Part shown: one piece after another, positions 52,743 through 62,419 of the stretch
How the letters are laid out: each line of letters opens with the position of its first letter
Position numbering within the stretch: position 1 is the stretch's first letter
Origin: Balanoglossus misakiensis
Lineage: Eukaryota; Animalia; Hemichordata
Assembly: GCA_040954595.2 (NCBI GenBank)
Contig: JBECUI020000041.1
Coordinates: 1 to 64,000 of the forward strand
Direction: 5' to 3'
DNA: 64,000 bases
Made by a program: the position numbers and the translations under genes
Notes under the pieces: model-generated
Databases searched by the model: none
Told to the model about the DNA's origin: nothing
Seen by the model: the letters and a program-made list of their open reading frames with translations, nothing else

Positions 52743-53396
52743 ATGATGACAGGAGTGAAAAAAGACGAGCAGAAGATCAGCACCGCTGACACCGCCAGTA
52801 GAGCCCTATGGGACAAAAAGTTTTCCACCAGCGAATACGCCTACGGCCAGGCCCCTAACGACTTTCTCGCCAGCCGCTACACCGCCATTAACAAGGGGAG
52901 AGTGCTGTGCTTGGCCGAAGGCGAAGGCCGAAACGCAGTCTTCCTAGCCCAGCAAGGCTACGAGGTAACAGCTGTTGACATCTCTCCGGTTGGTATCCAG
53001 AAGGCCCGGAAGCTCGCTAAAGAGCGCAGCGTCGAGGTTGAATTCATCTGTGCAGACCTCGCTGTCTACAACTTAGGTGAGTCAAGCTGGGACGGGATTG
53101 TCTCCATCTTCTGTCACCTGCCGCCGCTGATCCGCAAGGATCTTCATCGACGCGTCATGCAGGCCCTCGCAGCGGATGCTGTCTTCTTGCTCGAGGCCTA
53201 TAGACCCGAGCAGCTGACATTCGGGACTGGCGGCCCACCGACGGCAGAGCTGATGATGACGATGGAATCCATAGTTCGAGAACTCCCCAATCTGCACTTC
53301 GAGCATCTTGTTCAGCTCGAGCGAGAAATCATTGAGGGCCGCCACCACTCGGGCTTGTCTTCGGTCATTCAGGTGATTGCACGGCGCTGGAGATAA
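52743..53396 (+). CDS. Class I SAM-dependent methyltransferase (TehB-like)
   Basis: WDKKF...YAYG..PNDFL, LCLAEGEGRNAVFLA, IFCHLP, GTGGP. Confidence 0.85.
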   Translation: MMTGVKKDEQKISTADTASRALWDKKFSTSEYAYGQAPNDFLASRYTAINKGRVLCLAEGEGRNAVFLAQQGYEVTAVDISPVGIQKARKLAKERSVEVEFICADLAVYNLGESSWDGIVSIFCHLPPLIRKDLHRRVMQALAADAVFLLEAYRPEQLTFGTGGPPTAELMMTMESIVRELPNLHFEHLVQLEREIIEGRHHSGLSSVIQVIARRWR

Positions 53397-53422
53397 GCAA
53401 AATCCAAGTCTACTCTAACCGT

Positions 53423-54496
53423 TTGAAAGCAGGGATATCCAACTTCTTCAACGGATCTTTCCCGGTGTTTATAACGCTCAATAATTGCTGTTGCAGATGG
53501 AAGACGAAGTAGGGACAGGTCGCGACCTGTCCCTACTTTCAATTTAACTCTTGAAAGCAGGGATATCCAACTTCTTCAACGGATCTTTCCCGGTGTTTAT
53601 AACGCTCAATAATTGCTGTTGCAGATGGAAGACGAAGTAGGGACAGGTCGCTGCCGAAGTAAGGACAGGTCGCGACCTGTCCCTACTTTCAATTTGACTC
53701 TTGAAAGCAGGGATATCCAACTTCTTCAACGGATCTTTCCCGGTGTTTATAACGCTCAATAATTGCTGTTGCAAATGGAAGACGAAGTAGGGACAGGTCG
53801 CTGCCGAAGTAGGGACAGGTCGCGACCTGTCCCTACTCTCAATTTAACTCTTGAAAGCAGGGATATCCAACTTCTTCAACGGATCTTTCCCGGTGTTTAT
53901 AACGCTCAATAATTGCTGTTGCAAATGGAAGACGAAGTAGGGACAGGTCGCTGCCGAAGTAGGGACATGTCGCGACCTGTCCCTACTTTCAATTTAACTC
54001 TTGAAAGTAGGGATATCCAACTTCTTCAACGGATCTTTCCCGGCGTTTATTACGCTCAATAATTGCTGTTGCAAATGGAAGACGAAGTAGGGACAGGTCG
54101 CTGCCGAAGTAAGGACAGGTCGCGACCTGTCCCTACTTTCAATTTGACTCTTGAAAGCAGGGATATCCAACTTCTTCAACGGATCTTTCCTGGTGTTTAT
54201 AACGCTCAATAATTGCTGTTGCAAATGGAAGACGAAGTAGGGACAGGTCGCGACCTGTCCTTACTTTCAATTTGACTCTTGAAAGCAGGGATATCCAACT
54301 TCTTCAACGGATCTTTCCCGGTGTTTATAACGCTCAATAATTGCTGTTGCAAATGGAAGACGAAGTAGGGACAGGTCGCGACCTGTCCCTACTTTCAATT
54401 TGACTCTTGAAAGCAGGGATATCCAACTTCTTCAACGGATCTTTCCCGGCGTTTATTACGCTCAATAATTGCTGTTGCAAATGGAAGACGAAGTTT
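53423..54496. repeat. Tandem array 2: units of 128, 150, 150, 150, 150, 128 and 128 bp plus a partial unit; IS256 fragment plus the same 28-bp palindrome
   Basis: Unit starts at 53423, 53551, 53701, 53851, 54001, 54151, 54279 and 54407; 150-bp units carry an extra 22-bp half-palindrome. Confidence 0.96.
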
Positions 54497-54538
54497 GACG
54501 GCACCGTGAAGCCTCATCCTTTCCACAGCACCACCATG

Positions 54539-54571
54539 AAGCAGGCTCATCCAGGAGGGATGAGCCTGCTT
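54539..54571. terminator. Perfect 14-bp hairpin (terminator or REP-like) just after array 2
   Basis: AAGCAGGCTCATCC-AGGAG-GGATGAGCCTGCTT. Confidence 0.5.
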
Positions 54572-54783
54572 TGTGCTCAATTTCTACAAGCAAGCATGCC
54601 CCCCTTTGAGACTCTCGAAAAGGTCGGCCATCTCGAGATGCACTGAGAGAGCTTGTGAGGGAACCGTCATGGCTATATACTTCACCACAAGAACAGAATC
54701 TATTCCATTGGAATGAAAACGATAAAGTTCTGTGCGTATTGCTGGATGAATTGCAGAATCACAACGAAAGGGAGGAGACCTTA

Positions 54784-56049
54784 ATGTTCAAATTCATTCA
54801 TGCCGCCGATATTCACTTGGACAGTCCCTTACGCGGATTGTCCAGGTACGAATCGGCTCCCGCCGAATCCATTCGCAACGCCTGTCGACGGGCATTGGAA
54901 AATCTTGTGGACCTCGCAATAGAGGAAGAAGTGGCCTTTATCCTCTTGGCCGGTGATCTGTATGACGGCGACTGGAAAGACTACAGCACAGGCATATTTC
55001 TGAGCAAACAGATAGGGCGCTTGGGGCAGCACAATATCCAAGTATTCTCAGTATACGGAAACCACGATGCGGAAAATCGAATGACAAAATCCCTGAATAG
55101 CCCCTCAAACATGAAAATATTCTCTTCAAAGAAGGTTGAAACGGTCAAATTACATGACCTCGGCGTGGCGATTCATGGGCGCAGCTTTCCAAACCAACAT
55201 GTGGATGAAAACTTGACTACGGAATTCTGCACTGCCGAAAAGGGACTTTTCAATATTGGGCTATTGCACACAAGCCTCGACGGTCGCCAAGGCCATGCCA
55301 ATTATGCACCGTGCTCATTGGATGACCTTCGTTCCAAGGGATACCAATACTGGGCCTTGGGGCACATACACAAACAGGAAATTGTTGAAGAAGAGCCTCA
55401 CGTGATCTTCCCCGGTTGCATCCAAGGCCGCCATATTCGCGAAGCAGGTGCCAAGGGCTGTGTCCTTGTCTCTGTTGATGACGGTGCTGTTTCCGAATTC
55501 AAAAGAATATCCCTGGATGTCTTGCGATGGTCCCTCTGCAATATCGACATAACCGACGTCGATGAAATGCGCGAGGTTTTAGAACGAGTCAGGAAAGGCA
55601 TTGTTCAAGAAAGAGCGTCGGCTGAAGATAGACCTCTTGCTATGCGGATACGCTTGCAGGGCGCTACCAAGATAGCGGATGAACTCGCTGCCTACCCTGA
55701 AAAGCTTGAACAGCAAATCAAGGCTCTTGGTGCCGAAACCGCCGGAGAGGATCTGTGGATTGAGCGAATAGAGAATTCAACTACCGGCAAACTTGATTTG
55801 GAAACCACATTGGCTGACGACAATGTCATGGGGGCATTGCTCAAAGAGATTCTCAATATCAGCAAGGGCACTGACGATGTTGACGGACTGAAAGACAAAA
55901 TTGCGGAACTCAGACAAAAAGCTCCATCCGAAGCCTTGGGCAGCAACTCCATTGTAAACCTGGATGACGAGCAAACCCTCCATCGAATTGTTGAAGAAGC
56001 AAAGCACATGTTAATCGGTAGGTTACTGACGGTTGGAGGTGCACAATGA
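54784..56049 (+). CDS. SbcD/Mre11-like (YhaO-type) DNA repair exonuclease
   Basis: HAADIHLD, AGDLYD, GNHD, GLLHT, YWALGHIH; GGAGG RBS before 54784. Confidence 0.9.
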   Translation: MFKFIHAADIHLDSPLRGLSRYESAPAESIRNACRRALENLVDLAIEEEVAFILLAGDLYDGDWKDYSTGIFLSKQIGRLGQHNIQVFSVYGNHDAENRMTKSLNSPSNMKIFSSKKVETVKLHDLGVAIHGRSFPNQHVDENLTTEFCTAEKGLFNIGLLHTSLDGRQGHANYAPCSLDDLRSKGYQYWALGHIHKQEIVEEEPHVIFPGCIQGRHIREAGAKGCVLVSVDDGAVSEFKRISLDVLRWSLCNIDITDVDEMREVLERVRKGIVQERASAEDRPLAMRIRLQGATKIADELAAYPEKLEQQIKALGAETAGEDLWIERIENSTTGKLDLETTLADDNVMGALLKEILNISKGTDDVDGLKDKIAELRQKAPSEALGSNSIVNLDDEQTLHRIVEEAKHMLIGRLLTVGGAQ

Positions 56050-56189
56050 GAATAAACCAGTCTTGACCTGCTTGCTTATAATCCATTCACAAAGCAATCC
56101 TTAGACCTTGCTGATAGCGGCTCTGGATTACATCTCCTATACGGTAACAACGAAGCCGGTAAAAGCACTTCGCTTCGAGCCCTTCATCT
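56046..56189 (+). pseudogene. N-terminal stub of a YhaN/SbcC-like ATPase
   Basis: LDLLAY..F....LDL...GLHLLYGNNEAGKSTSLRAL, then breaks off. Confidence 0.75.
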
Positions 56190-56288
56190 ATAGATAAGGA
56201 TCATGATGACTCGGGTATTTTCTTAGGTACAGGCCCAGGGGGGGCTTCTGATGATCGTATAATGCACACAATAAGGTTTAAAAGTGCC
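56190..56288 (+). pseudogene. Isolated internal fragment of the lipoprotein paralog family at 60281/60884
   Basis: IDKDHDDSGIFLGTGPGGASDDRIMHTIRFKSA vs TDRDGDDSGYFLDIRGGSPFDKIMYKIRFESA (about 60507-60601). Confidence 0.7.
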
Positions 56289-56416
56289 CCACGGCCAGCA
56301 CTGCAGAAAGAAACCCCAAGGCGAAGAAGCTGAAGTCCCCTCCCCGTCAGCAAGAGAAATCTCCTCCTTAGCCTTGTTTTTTTCTGTAATCTATGATATA
56401 TTATGCTCATATTGCT
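56289..56416 (+). repeat. About 130-bp direct repeat, copy 1 (copy 2 at 60149-60279); probable promoter region
   Basis: CCACGGCCAGCACTGCAGAAA..ACCCCAAGGCGAAGAAGCTGAAG...CCTTGTTTTTT...ATATTGCT in both copies. Confidence 0.85.
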
Positions 56417-56465
56417 AGTGTAGTATATTGGTAATGATAAAGCAGACTTTCAAGGGAGGTCACGC

Positions 56466-59400
56466 ATGTATTATTTCAATCGATTTCTTGCCAGAAAACA
56501 ACAGTGGGTAATTCTTTTAATGGCCCTAGCCGGCATAGGACTCATAGGGTGCCCTCAGCCAGGGGCTGTCACTCCCGTAGACAATAATTTCACAGAAGGG
56601 AATCTTCTCTATACGGCCCTGGATCAAAACAGTGCAAAAGTTCTCGGATTTTCAAGTGATTTTAACCGGGAACAAACAGGCGGTGCTTTGGAGCTTGTTA
56701 TCCCCGAAACCGTTTCTTCTGGCACCTACCAGGTCGTTGAAATAGCCCCGTCAGCCTTTGCCGATCCTACCCCCCAGGATGGAGCCGCAGACGCCCAAGA
56801 TGACATTACCTCCCTGACATTACCAGAGACGCTCCTAAGCATAGGAGCCAGTGCCTTTGCTGATAATTCCCTCACATCCATTACCATCCCGGCGGCGGTA
56901 ACCTCCCTTGGTGAGTATGCGTTTAAGGGCACACTGACAGAAGTAACATGGCCCGACGACAGCAAGCTCCAAACCATAGGGACAGAAGCCTTTGCCACCG
57001 ATGCCGCGGCGGGAACATCAACCTTGACAATCCTTATTTTTCCGGACACCTTAACCTCCATCGGCTCAGGAGCCTTCAAAGGTCATGATGCTGTTGAAAT
57101 CATCCTGCTGAAATCCGATTCTATTGAAGTGGGCGAAGAGGCATTTGATGGTTTTCAATATATAAATGGCCAGACGGCTTCACAGGGAGCCCATGTTAAA
57201 GACGAAGCGGGCAGCGTCATATGGGAGCGTGACTTTTTATACAAGGAAATAAGTGCTTCTGAAGTTGAAATCATAGCTTATCTGGGAACAGGGAATAATA
57301 CCATAGAGATCACCATTCCTTCCTCAACCTCCTATACCGCCTTAAGCATGAGGGATGATGTCACCTTTGAAGATACGGCTATCAGCGCTGTAAAGACCTC
57401 AGACATATTTACAGTTCCTACGGGATTTACCGACAAGTTTGCCAACACACACTTTGCCGGTATTACATGGGCCGCCGGCGACAGCTATGCCTTTGCAAAC
57501 GGCATCCTCTACAAGTTAACTGAAGGAACACCTCCTGAAGCCAGTGCCGAAGAATACAAAGGAGATACAAACATAACGTCCCTGACCATGGGAGATGTGG
57601 CTGTAGATTGGGGCAGCGACGGAATGGATACGGAATACAAACTGACCCGGATAGCAGGCAACATGATAAGCCACATACCCACCATCGAAGAAATCACCCT
57701 GAACAACTCCGCCGAGCTCATCCTTGCCGACCAGGCCTTTGCCGACGGCAGCGGCTCCTCCGTTTTAAGGTCAGTAACAATAGGGGCCGGCGGGGCAAAA
57801 ATAAATAATGGAGATAGCCCTTTCCCAGGTTCGCCCTTAGAGGAACATCCCAGTTTAGACGCCAGTTCCGGCGAGAAAAGCTTAACGGAAGGAACCTATC
57901 AATTGAAGGACGAAGAAATTTCTTTGCCCTATACACCGGATACAACCGGAGCTGTGGGAAATGGTTCTGATGGCTTAGGATACACCTACGAACTTAAAGC
58001 GCAAGGGGCCTATGAAAATCCAGACGGAACGGTTGTTAAATATGGCAAGAAAACAGCAACCATTACCCGTGGCGACAGCACCGTAATCAGTAATGCCACC
58101 GTACAAATCCCGACAAAAATAGCATATGATGACAGCAACGACCTTTTAGATGGGGAATACTACATAGCAGCCATAGCCGGCACCGAGAATGCCGGCGGTA
58201 TCTTCGGCGATACCCCCAATACGACGATGACAGGGTTAGTATTTACCGCCAATGCACAGGAAGTGGTATCGCTGGGGGATGGGGCGTTTAGAAATGCCTC
58301 TTCTCTTCTCACGCTAAGAGTTCAGTTTGGTTCGGCAGGGATAAAAAAAGCGGCACCAGATGCCCGGCCTTTTCATAATTCCCCCATGGAAAACCACGGG
58401 TTTTTTCTCGAGGTTTTTGCTGATACATTAACTCCCAGTGAAGGAATTGACAGTCTGTTTCAGTATCGTTTAGTTGAAGGCACTTGGACAGCTCAACAGG
58501 ATAGTCATATATTCCAAGTTAGTGTGGACGGTTACAGTTATAGACATGGCTTACTTGATGGTAGTAGACATGGTACTAAAAGAACGGCAGTACTTACTGC
58601 AACCATAGTTACCGGTGGCAGTCTAAGCATACCGAATCGTATAACGCATAATTCCAACTATTACGATGTAATAATGATAAAGGCAGATGTCTTTAAAAGT
58701 AAAGGGCTTACAGAGGTCAACTTAACAGGGGCCAAGAGCCTGGAAACTATCGAATCAGGGGCTTTTGAGGGGAATAGCATTTCTTCACGAGTAGATATAC
58801 CATCCTCGGTAACAGGCATAGGGGCCAACGCTTTTAAGGATAATGATATTACAGAAGTTATATTTCCTTCGACAACAACCATGGGAACCGGGGCTTTTGC
58901 TGGGAATGCTAACTTAAACTTGGTACTTATTAAAAAACTGACATCTTCAGAGACCTTTGCTGTAGATGACAGTACTTTCGATAATTTTGGAACGGCTTTA
59001 AATAATATCAATCTAGCGGGGGGGGAAGACAGTGGTTATGCGCTCGATGCCGGCGGTAATTTTTTGTATAGGGATCTTGACGGCAGTACAGAACCGAATA
59101 CAGATTATGTAATAGAAGCCTATTATGGCTCTGCAACCGATTTAACGGCACTCAATATGGATGCCCTTCCTGCTGGCGTAAGCGGAAGCATCGTATCAAT
59201 AGGAGCGAATGTTTTTCAAAACAAAGGCCTTACCTCGGTAACCATTCCTCCAACGGTAACAACAATCGGTAGTTTCGCCTTTCAGGGGAATCAACTTACA
59301 ACGGTAACCATTCCTCCAACGGTAACAACAATCGGTGATTTCGCCTTTCAGGGGAATCAACTTACAACGGTAACCATTCCTCCAACGGTAACAACAATCG

Positions 59401-59885
59401 GTAATTTCGCCTTTCATGGGAATCAACTTACAACGGTAACCATTCCTCCAACAGTAACAAGCATTGGTTATTCAGCTTTTCAGAGGAATCAACTTACAAC
59501 GGTAACCATTCCTCAAGGACTAACAAGCATATATGATTCAGTATTTCAGGACAATCAGCTTACATCGGTAACCATTCCTAATACAGTAACAGACATTGGG
59601 AGTTTTTCGTTTCAGGACAATCAATTGACATCGGTAATTATTCCCAGTTCGGTAGATAAGATTCATGATAGCGCATTTACGAATGCTTTCACGACTGAGT
59701 CTGGTACTATCTTAAGCGTGACATTTCAGAGGATAGGTTCCATTGTGAACATGGAATTTAACGCTCCTTTTTATTTCCATCCTTTTCCTGATGGATTTGT
59801 TAACGCTGACGGTACTGAACTGAACTCCCTCCAGACTCCCACCTTTACGGCAAGGAACAATGTCTTTACCAAAACGAATCCGTAA
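56466..59885 (+). CDS. BspA/TpLRR (LRR_5) surface lipoprotein
   Basis: Lipobox GLIGC; several LTSxTIPxxVTxIGxxAF blocks; GGAGG RBS. Confidence 0.9.
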   Translation: MYYFNRFLARKQQWVILLMALAGIGLIGCPQPGAVTPVDNNFTEGNLLYTALDQNSAKVLGFSSDFNREQTGGALELVIPETVSSGTYQVVEIAPSAFADPTPQDGAADAQDDITSLTLPETLLSIGASAFADNSLTSITIPAAVTSLGEYAFKGTLTEVTWPDDSKLQTIGTEAFATDAAAGTSTLTILIFPDTLTSIGSGAFKGHDAVEIILLKSDSIEVGEEAFDGFQYINGQTASQGAHVKDEAGSVIWERDFLYKEISASEVEIIAYLGTGNNTIEITIPSSTSYTALSMRDDVTFEDTAISAVKTSDIFTVPTGFTDKFANTHFAGITWAAGDSYAFANGILYKLTEGTPPEASAEEYKGDTNITSLTMGDVAVDWGSDGMDTEYKLTRIAGNMISHIPTIEEITLNNSAELILADQAFADGSGSSVLRSVTIGAGGAKINNGDSPFPGSPLEEHPSLDASSGEKSLTEGTYQLKDEEISLPYTPDTTGAVGNGSDGLGYTYELKAQGAYENPDGTVVKYGKKTATITRGDSTVISNATVQIPTKIAYDDSNDLLDGEYYIAAIAGTENAGGIFGDTPNTTMTGLVFTANAQEVVSLGDGAFRNASSLLTLRVQFGSAGIKKAAPDARPFHNSPMENHGFFLEVFADTLTPSEGIDSLFQYRLVEGTWTAQQDSHIFQVSVDGYSYRHGLLDGSRHGTKRTAVLTATIVTGGSLSIPNRITHNSNYYDVIMIKADVFKSKGLTEVNLTGAKSLETIESGAFEGNSISSRVDIPSSVTGIGANAFKDNDITEVIFPSTTTMGTGAFAGNANLNLVLIKKLTSSETFAVDDSTFDNFGTALNNINLAGGEDSGYALDAGGNFLYRDLDGSTEPNTDYVIEAYYGSATDLTALNMDALPAGVSGSIVSIGANVFQNKGLTSVTIPPTVTTIGSFAFQGNQLTTVTIPPTVTTIGDFAFQGNQLTTVTIPPTVTTIGNFAFHGNQLTTVTIPPTVTSIGYSAFQRNQLTTVTIPQGLTSIYDSVFQDNQLTSVTIPNTVTDIGSFSFQDNQLTSVIIPSSVDKIHDSAFTNAFTTESGTILSVTFQRIGSIVNMEFNAPFYFHPFPDGFVNADGTELNSLQTPTFTARNNVFTKTNP
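59235..59660 (+). repeat. 66-bp intragenic tandem repeats (22-aa LRR units, about 6.5 copies)
   Basis: Units start at 59235, 59301, 59367, 59433, 59499, 59565 and 59631. Confidence 0.9.
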
Positions 59886-59967
59886 CTTGTAGTTTCTTTG
59901 TGTCAGTGGGGCATACCCCCCGGGGGTATTATCCACTGACCGACGAGACAGACTGATTTTAGAATTT

Positions 59968-60003
59968 GAAAAGCATCGGCAAGTATCAGCCGATGCTTTT
60001 TTC
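59968..60003. terminator. Bidirectional intrinsic terminator
   Basis: AAAAGCATCGGC-loop-GCCGATGCTTTTTT; a second hairpin GTCAGTGG..CCACTGAC lies at 59902-59940. Confidence 0.75.
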
Positions 60004-60148
60004 GTTAACGCAGTCCGCCTCTCCTTTGAAGCAAAAAACAGCGAAACCCGGTATCGCCCCCTGGGTGGATAGAGGCTAGGGATGGGAGAATAAGGAAGTG
60101 AAAAAAACCAACACTTTCCGCCATACCCCCCCCTGAACAAACCACCCA

Positions 60149-60279
60149 CCACGGCCAGCACTGCAGAAAAAAACCCCAAGGCGAAGAAGCTGAAGCCCCC
60201 CCTCTCCCCCAGCATTAAAAAAAATCTCCTCCTTGCCTTGTTTTTTCTGCAATTTATGGTATGTTATACGTATATTGCT
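60149..60279 (+). repeat. About 130-bp direct repeat, copy 2
   Basis: Matches 56289-56416. Confidence 0.85.
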
Positions 60280-60280
60280 T

Positions 60281-60823
60281 ATGATTTATTATCATACAAA
60301 TTACGCCCCTGGAAAGCAGGGTTTTATCCGCAGTGAACTTGAGAGGGACAAGACAACAGAGGAGAAAATATCCTGGCTTTACACCCTAAGCATCGACGGC
60401 AACAATGTTCTGAGCAATATCCCCATGAGAAGGTATACACTCCAATATTATCAAAATAAAGATCTTACCTTTCCTGACTGGCTTCCTAGATGGTTTCCTT
60501 TAGGTACAGATAGGGATGGTGATGATTCGGGGTATTTCCTTGATATACGCGGGGGGAGTCCTTTTGATAAGATAATGTACAAAATAAGGTTTGAAAGTGC
60601 CTCTCGTCACTATAATCCCGCTTTCCTTTTTGTGGACATCACCTTACACAGTTCTTTTTCCGACAAAGTTATTTATAATCTTCACGATACATCTCACGGG
60701 GAGACCGAGACATTAGAAATTGAAAAACGGGATAATGAGAACCTTCTTTATCGTGATCACCTTCTTTATCGCTGGCTTGACAAAGACGGCGGAGTTATCC
60801 GGGAAGGAATACTCATAAATTAA
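60281..60823 (+). CDS. 5'-truncated paralog of the downstream lipoprotein
   Basis: Aligns to the C-terminal half of 60884-61867 (YAPGK.GFI.SELERDKTTEEK, FLFVDITLHSSFSDKVIYNLHDT, YRWLDKDGGVIREGIL); no signal peptide. Confidence 0.65.
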   Translation: MIYYHTNYAPGKQGFIRSELERDKTTEEKISWLYTLSIDGNNVLSNIPMRRYTLQYYQNKDLTFPDWLPRWFPLGTDRDGDDSGYFLDIRGGSPFDKIMYKIRFESASRHYNPAFLFVDITLHSSFSDKVIYNLHDTSHGETETLEIEKRDNENLLYRDHLLYRWLDKDGGVIREGILIN

Positions 60824-60883
60824 AACTAGAAATACAATTCCCCGGCAGAAGCTGTTAAAGACTGAAAACTAATGAGGTTAAAG

Positions 60884-61867
60884 ATGAAAAATAAATTCCT
60901 TGCAGCCCTGATTTTTTGTATTGCTGCTGTTGTTTTGTCCTCCTGTGTTGATACTAGTGCCGACAGAATGACTTCTTTTTATGCGTATCTGGGAGGAAGG
61001 ATTATGAATATTCCTGACTGGATGGAAAATGCAGGAGGATACACCATCCCCTCTCTCTCTGAGTGGTTGAACTGGCAGGACTATGACTTGAAAAACTATT
61101 GCCCTCCAGGCTATCAGAGGCGGGATTATCAGGGAAAATTCAGACTGGCGGTTGAATATGTGAACATGGTGCAACTTCAGATAATAACAGTATATTTTGC
61201 TGACGGGGTATACATGGGGATGATACCCCAAAGAGAACTCTTCGAGAAAGTCCAAAGAGGAGAATACACTGTTTTTGCCTCCATGTTTCTTCTCCGGCTG
61301 GGTGAGGGGGACCCCATAACAATAGAATATGATGGTGTATACACCGGTTCTGATACTTTTACAATTTATGGTGATATGACTTATCACCATACAAGATATG
61401 CCCCAGGAAAACCAGGTTTTATCCAGAGTGAACTTGAAAGGGACAAGACAACAGAGGAGAAAACCTCCTGGCTTTACACCTTAAACATTGACGGCAGGGC
61501 TGTAATGGACAGGATTCCTATGAGTATGTACACCCCCTTGTATTACCAGAATAAAGATCTCACCCCTCCTGACTGGTTTCCCGTTTCTGAAGACTTCGGG
61601 CATTCTCTTACCATAAACAAGGGGAAGGCTTCTGAGATATTTAAAATTAAGTTTAAAGGTGCCTCTATCTACGATGCTGTCGCTTTCCTTTTTGTGGACA
61701 TCACCTTACATAGTTCTTTTTCCGACAAAGTTATTTATAATCTTCACGATACACCTCACGGGGAGACCGAGACATTAGAAATTGGGAAACGGGAAAATGA
61801 TCGCCTTGGCTATCGCTGGCTTGACAAAGACGGCGGAGTTATCCGGGAAGGAATACTCACAGAATAA
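60884..61867 (+). CDS. Hypothetical lipoprotein
   Basis: MKNKFLAALIFCIAAVVLSSC lipobox; open frame of about 330 aa. Confidence 0.8.
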   Translation: MKNKFLAALIFCIAAVVLSSCVDTSADRMTSFYAYLGGRIMNIPDWMENAGGYTIPSLSEWLNWQDYDLKNYCPPGYQRRDYQGKFRLAVEYVNMVQLQIITVYFADGVYMGMIPQRELFEKVQRGEYTVFASMFLLRLGEGDPITIEYDGVYTGSDTFTIYGDMTYHHTRYAPGKPGFIQSELERDKTTEEKTSWLYTLNIDGRAVMDRIPMSMYTPLYYQNKDLTPPDWFPVSEDFGHSLTINKGKASEIFKIKFKGASIYDAVAFLFVDITLHSSFSDKVIYNLHDTPHGETETLEIGKRENDRLGYRWLDKDGGVIREGILTE

Positions 61868-62419
61868 AGCTGGAAATACAATTCCCCGGCTGAAGCTATT
61901 AAAGACTAAGGAAAGTTCATGAGGAACGAAAGAACATTATTGACATGAATAAAATCCCCGGGAAGCAAACTTCAAAGAGCGAATAAGATGCCATGGTATT
62001 TTATTGTCGATATAGCATTCGATACTCTCGAAGAGGACAAAATCAAATAGGCACTGCACGACACAGCTTAGGGCGGGACGGAGTATAGGGAGATTGAGAA
62101 AAGACCAGAAAATTTGTTCAATTTCTGCCAACTTGACGGAGAAGACCATGTTCTCCGGGAAGGGGTGCTCAGGGATTCACGGCTGCCCAATGGATAAAAA
62201 GAAGTCGGCAGACATTTGTGACAGAGGCAGTCTTTGGAGGAATATCGGCGGCTACCTTCCTCCAAACCCATCCTAGACGGACAGCCTTTCGTCATTTTGC
62301 ATTACTCGCAAGAAGTATAAATCGCATCGGTTTCCTGTCTGTAAAATGTCCAGCTTCTCCCCCAAAAACACTTGACAGTTTCTACCAGTAAAAGTTACCC
62401 CTTAATAAGGTATATACCA

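Larger units (their letters stand above)
21085..56189. mobile_element. Mosaic genomic island downstream of tRNA-Asn (right boundary uncertain; no integrase seen)
   Basis: Abrupt switch to GC-rich codon usage after the tRNA terminator; IS256 copies, defence operon, truncated genes, phage relic. Confidence 0.7.

Noticed and set aside
60621-61860. DGR template/variable repeat pair between the lipoprotein paralogs
   Set aside because: Differences include C/T changes and indels, so they are not adenine-specific; no reverse transcriptase.
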